DNA from: a virus
Strand: one strand, 5' to 3'
DNA: 64,000 nucleotides
IMG/VR virus record: IMGVR_UViG_3300036790_000811
Span: 1-64,000 of that record
Every line of letters begins with the position of its first letter. Position 1 is the first letter of the stretch. The translations under genes and the position numbers were made by a program. The notes beneath the pieces are model-generated. The model did not search any database. It worked only from the letters and a program-made list of their open reading frames with translations, and was not told the DNA's origin. Positions 58,322 through 64,000 of the stretch are shown in pieces.

Positions 58322-58880
58322 AGTTACCATGTCGTCGCTTTTGCATCCTTATCCTATGGCATTCGCGACATGTACGTCCTTTTTTCTCTCCGACTCGAAT
58401 ATAAGTATTTTCCTCGGTAAATTCATGATCTTTCAGGCAGTGAGTTTTTTGACTATTCTTCGCGGAGACGCTGTAGCTGCGAAGAGTGTTTACTCTCGAT
58501 GTAACCGCTTCCAAGTGATTCGGATTGACACAGAGGCGCACTCGACACAAATGATCAATCTGTAGTTGATTGTGAATCGGACCGTAGGCTATAAGAAAAC
58601 TGAGCCTATGAGCACCGCGTGTTACGTTACGACTTATAGAAAATACTCCGTATCCATCTTTTCCCACAGTTCCATTCCATATCCAGCAAGGCCCTAGGTC
58701 GGGACGATATTCTGGAACTGGACCTTCTTTATTCACTTTAGAGAAAAATCGATCTATCTTTGATCGTGCATAAAAGTTAACGCTTGAATCTCCATACTTT
58801 ACCCATCGCTGGTAATGCTTAGAACAGTAACCATAACCGTGGATCGGTGCAGTACATCCGCCATCATCGCCAAGGCACAT
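58302..58880 (-). CDS. HNH homing endonuclease (HEG7)
   Basis: CWIWNG...GYG...AHRLSF...IDHLCRVRLCVNPNHLEAVT. Confidence 0.9.
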   Translation of the reverse strand: MCLGDDGGCTAPIHGYGYCSKHYQRWVKYGDSSVNFYARSKIDRFFSKVNKEGPVPEYRPDLGPCWIWNGTVGKDGYGVFSISRNVTRGAHRLSFLIAYGPIHNQLQIDHLCRVRLCVNPNHLEAVTSRVNTLRSYSVSAKNSQKTHCLKDHEFTEENTYIRVGEKKGRTCRECHRIRMQKRRHGNSTNSNR

Positions 58881-58909
58881 GGCGAGAAGTATAGAGCAGG
58901 AGGTGCGCC

Positions 58910-61234
58910 TTGAGCTTGTCGCCTGACGATCCGTATGCTGCCGCCACCAGCGCGGTGCCTACGAGTACCACCAACCAGATCCCCGGCAACATGGTGGGCA
59001 ACAACTCCAACACCATTAACACCGCCGAGATCAACCTGGGCACGGGCGGCAACGGGGCCATCTACGGCTACACCGGAAGTCCCTCCACGGCGAACCTCTA
59101 TTTCTCGCTGGCTCCCGCCGCCGGAACTGACACCTACGGCAACACCTACCCGGCCGGCATCAACGTGCTGGCGGGATCGATCGCGGGCGCCTCCATGACC
59201 GGGGTTTCCCTTGACTCCACCTCGGTCCTGAACTCCAGCTCCGTGCTCACCCCGAGTGTCGTCTCGCCGTCGATTTCCGGGGGTACCGCCGCTTCCCTCG
59301 TCCATACGATGACCAACAGCTCGGGTGCGGTCCTGGGATATACCTCAGGATCAACCTCCCAGACCTGGTCCACGGCCGGAACCTACTCCTTCACCGTTCC
59401 CACGTCCGTCTCCACCATGCGGGTACAGGGCTGGGGAGCGGCAGCCGGCGGCGGGGGGGGCGGTGCCACCAATGAAGGCGGGGAGTCCGGAGGCGGCGGC
59501 GAGTATGCCGAGGAGCCGTCCCTGTCGGTGAATCCCGGGGACGTCTACACGATCTTCATCGGGGGCGGAGGCCAGGGCGGTTTCAACTTCCAGGGCGGCG
59601 GCCAGGGGGGTACCACGATCGTCACCCCCCCCAGCACCAGCATCAACCCTCCCGTGGTAGCCAACGGCGCCGGGGCGACCGCGAACTACCAGGGCGGCAA
59701 CGGGGGAACCGGCTCCTTCAACACCATCCACTACGACGGCGGCGACGGCGCGGACGCGGCCCACGGCGGCGGCGGGGCCGGCGGCGGCAGCTCGGCCGGG
59801 CCGTCCGGCGAGGGCAATCAGGGCTCGGAATGCGCCGGGGGCAATGGCGGAACGGGCGCAGCCCCCCCGTCCGGCGGCGGGGCAGGCGGGGCAGGCGGCA
59901 ACACCGGCCTGTCCGGCGTCTCCGGTTCCTCCCCGGGCGGGGGAGGCGGCGGCGCGGGCTATATCGTCACCGGCACGACGACCGGCAGCTACAGTTACGC
60001 TCCCTCGGGCACCTACTCCTACTGGGGCAACAACGGGGCCTTCCGCTGCACGACCCCGCTTTACCAGGGACTCCAGCCCAATAACACGCACGGTCAGTAC
60101 CAGTTCTCCTACGTCCTGTTCCCGTATGCCGCCATGCAGTCCGAGCTGGCGGGCAAGGTCATCACCCGGGTAGCGCTGGAACTCAACGCCCTGCACTCCA
60201 CCAACGGCTCGACTGTCCTGATCCAGCTTCAGCTCTCCAGCCAGGCGAGCTTCAGCTCGTTTGCCTCCCCCACCAGCGGGGGCACCATCCGGAACTGGGA
60301 TGACGTCTGGATTTCCCTGGGGAAGATCACCCATGTCTTCTCCAGCACCGCCACGATCGGGGCGCTGATCCAGGACGGCGGCTTCAAGTCGCTGCTGATC
60401 GGCCCCGGGTCCAACTGGGGCGCTACCCAGACATGGGGGTACTTCGAGACCCCCACGCTGGTGGTCAGCTACGGCAACAGTGCCACCCAGGCAGGCAACG
60501 GCGGGGACGGTCAGGTCACTATTACCTACGGCACCGGGACTCCCTCCTACACCCTCGGCATCAGCTCCGTTTCCTCCACCGATCCCTACGGCAATCCCGT
60601 CCAGGCCGGAGTCACCAGCGGTCAGGTCACCGTCATCGGCTCCAGCACCACTCCCACCTCGGTAGCCGATTCCAGCGTGGTCAGCGCGAACGAGGGCGGC
60701 AATCTCGCCGTCACGAACTCCTCGGGCTTCTCGGGGTATGTCCCGCTTACCCTGACCGATACCGCGACCTATACGGGAACCGGCACGACACCTGCCATGG
60801 TTACCGCCGGATGGGTTATTCCCGCCGGGGACGCGAGCGAGGGCAGTGTCTATGAGGTGGAGGTCCCGTTTGCCGGCACCTATCTCAATACCATTACCAC
60901 CCAGGTCTGGCTGAATGGCGCGAATGTCGCAGGCGATAATGCCGTCGGCCTTCTGTCAACGACGCAGCTTACGACGGGGTGGGTGAAAGGCTGGGTCATG
61001 GTCACCGGCACCGGGGCGACGGGCAGCTGTACCGCCATGATCGAGGGCAGCGTCGGCCTTGACGGCGCAAGGACCGGCACCAATGCCGCCCCCCTCACCG
61101 GGGTCGGACCGAATAAGGCATTCAATACCACCATTCCTAATACCGTCGGGATTGCCATCGCCAACGGTGCCGGCGGAGGCAATACCTCTTCAACGACAGG
61201 ATACGGAAGCATCTTCACCCGCAAGGGACCCTAG
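58910..61234 (+). CDS. glycine-rich minor tail/fibre protein
   Basis: AGTDTYGN; TWSTAGTYSFTVP; poly-Gly tracts. Confidence 0.75.
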   Translation: MSLSPDDPYAAATSAVPTSTTNQIPGNMVGNNSNTINTAEINLGTGGNGAIYGYTGSPSTANLYFSLAPAAGTDTYGNTYPAGINVLAGSIAGASMTGVSLDSTSVLNSSSVLTPSVVSPSISGGTAASLVHTMTNSSGAVLGYTSGSTSQTWSTAGTYSFTVPTSVSTMRVQGWGAAAGGGGGGATNEGGESGGGGEYAEEPSLSVNPGDVYTIFIGGGGQGGFNFQGGGQGGTTIVTPPSTSINPPVVANGAGATANYQGGNGGTGSFNTIHYDGGDGADAAHGGGGAGGGSSAGPSGEGNQGSECAGGNGGTGAAPPSGGGAGGAGGNTGLSGVSGSSPGGGGGGAGYIVTGTTTGSYSYAPSGTYSYWGNNGAFRCTTPLYQGLQPNNTHGQYQFSYVLFPYAAMQSELAGKVITRVALELNALHSTNGSTVLIQLQLSSQASFSSFASPTSGGTIRNWDDVWISLGKITHVFSSTATIGALIQDGGFKSLLIGPGSNWGATQTWGYFETPTLVVSYGNSATQAGNGGDGQVTITYGTGTPSYTLGISSVSSTDPYGNPVQAGVTSGQVTVIGSSTTPTSVADSSVVSANEGGNLAVTNSSGFSGYVPLTLTDTATYTGTGTTPAMVTAGWVIPAGDASEGSVYEVEVPFAGTYLNTITTQVWLNGANVAGDNAVGLLSTTQLTTGWVKGWVMVTGTGATGSCTAMIEGSVGLDGARTGTNAAPLTGVGPNKAFNTTIPNTVGIAIANGAGGGNTSSTTGYGSIFTRKGP

Positions 61235-61248
61235 CAAAGGAGAATATA

Positions 61249-61695
61249 ATGTCCAATCACTTCCCTGAGACTCCATCGTCTTTCAGTCTTTCCTCTATCA
61301 CCTATTACGCCGCTATCGGCGGTCACCTGACGACCTCTCCCCTTAACGGGCAAGGCGGCGCTATAGTGCCAGTTTCCGGCTCTCCTCTTTATTTTGACGA
61401 GGAGTATGCCAGTTCCTATGTCTTCGAAAATCAGCTCCAGGATCCCGGCCCCAATCCAAGTCTCATTATCCAGTTTCCCACTCCAGGTGAAACTGGATCT
61501 TTCGATCAGGATGCCGTGGAAAGTGCTTTCACGGATGCCATTACGGCCTACTGTCAGGCCATTTCAGATCTCGGAGCCGGAACTTTGTCACAAATACAGG
61601 AAACAGTGGGCACGCAACGAATCTGGACTTGGACGGACAGCACGAGCACGTTCACCCTCACGTATTCCAACAGCCTTACTTATCCGCCAGCGTAA
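61249..61695 (+). CDS. hypothetical protein
   Basis: AAGGAG SD; 148 aa. Confidence 0.6.
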   Translation: MSNHFPETPSSFSLSSITYYAAIGGHLTTSPLNGQGGAIVPVSGSPLYFDEEYASSYVFENQLQDPGPNPSLIIQFPTPGETGSFDQDAVESAFTDAITAYCQAISDLGAGTLSQIQETVGTQRIWTWTDSTSTFTLTYSNSLTYPPA

Positions 61696-61709
61696 GAGGA
61701 GAAAAGGAA

Positions 61710-62033
61710 ATGACTGTAGGGGCACAGGCAACCAGCGGCACTATTGACAACACGCTTACCACCCTGTCTCTCAGCCTCCGGGACCTGATGGATCAGATCA
61801 ACAACCTGTGGACGTTTGTCGGGAACGGCGCCGAGGGTACTCCCGCAACCGTTCTGGCGAGTGTCGGCTATGACGGCACCAACACCGATGCCCCGGGGGA
61901 TCAGAGCGACGCTTCCTATGCGGCGTATCTCATCACCATGATGAACACCCTGGCCCAGATCTACTACGGCCAGACGGCTCCTACCGTCTATAACTACGAG
62001 GGTGCACTCGCCCCCCTCTGGGCCGGAAGATGA
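61710..62033 (+). CDS. hypothetical (virion-type) protein
   Basis: MTVGAQATSG; AAGGA SD. Confidence 0.6.
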   Translation: MTVGAQATSGTIDNTLTTLSLSLRDLMDQINNLWTFVGNGAEGTPATVLASVGYDGTNTDAPGDQSDASYAAYLITMMNTLAQIYYGQTAPTVYNYEGALAPLWAGR

Positions 62034-62156
62034 GTTACGGAGTTATTTTCTCCGGAAACTATTAACACCTACAATTAAATAACGGTTCTACAGTCACTCC
62101 GGAGGGTCACCCATGCACCAGCACGACATCACGACGGCTGTCCTCCGGAGCCGGGC

Positions 62157-62735
62157 GTGATATGGATCTCGGTCGCTTCCACCATTGCCGCCCTCGTCGC
62201 GGCCACGGTCGCTTACCTCGGGTTCCGCGAGAACCGGGGAGACCGGCAGGCGGAACGCCTGAAAGGCGCCATTGAGACCGCCCTCCAGCCGCTGGTGCAC
62301 CGCATTACTTCTGTCGAGCAGCAGAACACTGACGCGGCCCAGCGCCTCCAGGATGTGGTTGAGATCATTATCGGCAAGGCGCTCCAGCCGATTCAGCAGC
62401 AAGTCGTCGTCCTTGAGACCAAAATTGACGTGTTCTGGAAGCAAGTCGCCATGGACGCTGCCAAGATCCTCCACCAGCCCGATCCCCGGCGCTCGGAAAT
62501 CGACCGGCTCCTGGAGCTGTTCATGGAAGACGCCCTTGACGCTGACGAAGAACTCCAGTTGCGGAAATTCCTCCTCAAGATCCGGAATTATGAGGAAGGA
62601 GCGAATATCGGGTTCCCGGTCCAGCCGGGAGAGCAGACGGCAGCCGCCATTCTCCTGCGTACCATGAATCACGCCATTACCCCCCGGCATAGCACCGCCG
62701 CGCACTTCCAGGGAGATCCCGATGCCGGAAATTGA
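62157..62735 (+). CDS. membrane-anchored coiled-coil protein (lysis-region type)
   Basis: N-terminal TM helix; LETKIDVFW. Confidence 0.65.
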   Translation: MIWISVASTIAALVAATVAYLGFRENRGDRQAERLKGAIETALQPLVHRITSVEQQNTDAAQRLQDVVEIIIGKALQPIQQQVVVLETKIDVFWKQVAMDAAKILHQPDPRRSEIDRLLELFMEDALDADEELQLRKFLLKIRNYEEGANIGFPVQPGEQTAAAILLRTMNHAITPRHSTAAHFQGDPDAGN

Positions 62736-63207
62736 TGAATCCGCGATGATCCGTGCCGCCGAGCGGCAGGTGGACAGGCTTACCCGCGCGGTGACATGGT
62801 TCAAGTACTGCCTGATCCTGGTCGGGGTAGTCTGCGCCGGGCTTGCCGTTCTCGCGGTGCTGTTCGGCATCCAGTCGAGCCAGACGCGGGCCCTGTCCAA
62901 GAAAATCCAGCAGGGATCGATTACCTCCTGCCAGGGCGGCAATGCCACCCGGGCGGCCGACACGCAGATCTGGGACAAGTTCGTCGCCCTGCTGCTCGGC
63001 ACCAGCTCCAACGCCTCCAAGGACCAGTGGAACGGCTTCCTGTCCTATGTGGCGGTGAACGATCCCGCCCAGGCTCCCGCATGGGATGAGTTCATGAAGC
63101 TGTACCTGACGGTTTCTCCCGCCACTCAGGCCGAGGCGAAGCAGTTCGAGAAGTACGTCGCCCAGATCGACGGCAGCCGCGACTGCATGAAGCTTTACGG
63201 AAAGTGA
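62722..63207 (+). CDS. membrane protein
   Basis: Single TM helix; SC..GN..R...RDC. Confidence 0.65.
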   Translation: MPEIDESAMIRAAERQVDRLTRAVTWFKYCLILVGVVCAGLAVLAVLFGIQSSQTRALSKKIQQGSITSCQGGNATRAADTQIWDKFVALLLGTSSNASKDQWNGFLSYVAVNDPAQAPAWDEFMKLYLTVSPATQAEAKQFEKYVAQIDGSRDCMKLYGK

Positions 63208-63211
63208 GTGT

Positions 63212-63640
63212 GTGGCTGACGTCCCCGCCCACGACCAGAAGGTAACGCACTCTTACTGGATCAGGTTCCCGGAACATCCCGCAAGAGACGGTGACCCGAA
63301 TTACAAAGATTTCGAGACGTACCGCAAGCGCACCAGAGATACGGCAAAGTGCGCTATCGGGAAACACCGGGATGATTTCTCCGACTGTCAGGGGCGCCTT
63401 GAACTCCATCACTCGCATATTGAGTTCTCCCTCCAGAACGGCGTCAATCTCGCCTGGCTGGAGAAGGACTATCCTGGCGTTTCCGACCCGGATACAGTCG
63501 GCGCGTGGATAGAAAGTGCCGAGAACCTTGAATGGCTCTGCGAGCGGCATCACAGAGGTGATCTCGGAGTTCATCTTCTGTCAGCTTCGGATTATGAGGC
63601 TGCGAGATTCGTCAAGGGACTATCCAGGGAGAAGTCATGA
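63212..63640 (+). CDS. HNH-like hypothetical protein
   Basis: LELHHSHIE...NLEWLCERHHRG..GVH. Confidence 0.6.
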   Translation: MADVPAHDQKVTHSYWIRFPEHPARDGDPNYKDFETYRKRTRDTAKCAIGKHRDDFSDCQGRLELHHSHIEFSLQNGVNLAWLEKDYPGVSDPDTVGAWIESAENLEWLCERHHRGDLGVHLLSASDYEAARFVKGLSREKS

Positions 63641-63795
63641 TCCGTCTTATCGCCATCGTCGCGTTCGCGCTGGGAATCGTCTTCTACGCCTGGAGTCTCG
63701 GACATGGAGCTTTCCAGTGGCCCCTCTTCGCCCTCATCGGGTTCCTCTGCCTCGCCATCGACGGGCCGTGGAACTGGAAGTGGCCGCATTCGTAA
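63637..63795 (+). CDS. small two-TM membrane protein (holin candidate)
   Basis: Manual ORF MIRLIAIVAFALGIVFYAW...LFALIGFLCLAI. Confidence 0.55.
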   Translation: MIRLIAIVAFALGIVFYAWSLGHGAFQWPLFALIGFLCLAIDGPWNWKWPHS

Positions 63796-64000
63796 GTTTC
63801 TCCGGTCCACCATCGGCACTGCCATCTTTGGTTTTTCGGATGGTTTGGTATCAATTGTCGGCGTCATCATCCTTCTCGCCAGCCAGGCTCCGCATCTGGT
63901 GTTCCCGGCGGCGGCCATGGGAGCGGTATCGGCTGCCTATTCCATGGCATCCGGGGATGCGATGGGGCAAACGCAGACGCACTGGGCGGCGGTTCCCGTC
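63788..64000 (+). CDS. VIT1/CCC1-family membrane protein (partial)
   Basis: AIFGFSDGLVSIVGV...AVSAAYSMASGD. Confidence 0.7.
   Translation, partial: MRKFLRSTIGTAIFGFSDGLVSIVGVIILLASQAPHLVFPAAAMGAVSAAYSMASGDAMGQTQTHWAAVPV

Noticed and set aside
1-64000. tRNA genes (notably tRNA-Leu UAA), integrase, reverse transcriptase/DGR
   Set aside because: No cloverleaf or T-loop motif, recombinase or RT motifs recognised by eye in this window; tRNAscan on the whole genome is still needed.

Overview
A 64 kb segment of a high-GC siphovirus-type phage of an actinobacterial host. Positions 1-10.5 kb are a leftward cluster of mostly small early genes. It includes a structured ~460-nt leader behind a strong promoter and two perfect parS sites. 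Positions 10.7-64 kb are a rightward late region: LysM-Rpf, terminase, an intein-containing portal-MuF-Nudix-ParB fusion, protease/scaffold, major capsid protein, a sugar-biosynthesis/glycosyltransferase cassette, tail genes, tape measure, minor tail proteins and the start of a membrane/lysis cluster. Seven free-standing homing endonuclease genes (HEGs) are interspersed, each with its own leaderless promoter. The main candidate new system is translational recoding at the TTA (UUA) codon. In a by-eye scan, in-frame TTA was absent from the body of every gene checked. It appeared only at two reading-frame breaks in late genes beside HEGs (24723, 56109) and at five places where a protein appears to have reached its natural C-terminus (13511, 15903, 24008c, 40701, 55311c). 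Four genes, including the terminase and tape measure, also appear to use non-canonical ATT/GTA starts. All family assignments are from motif recognition, not database searches.
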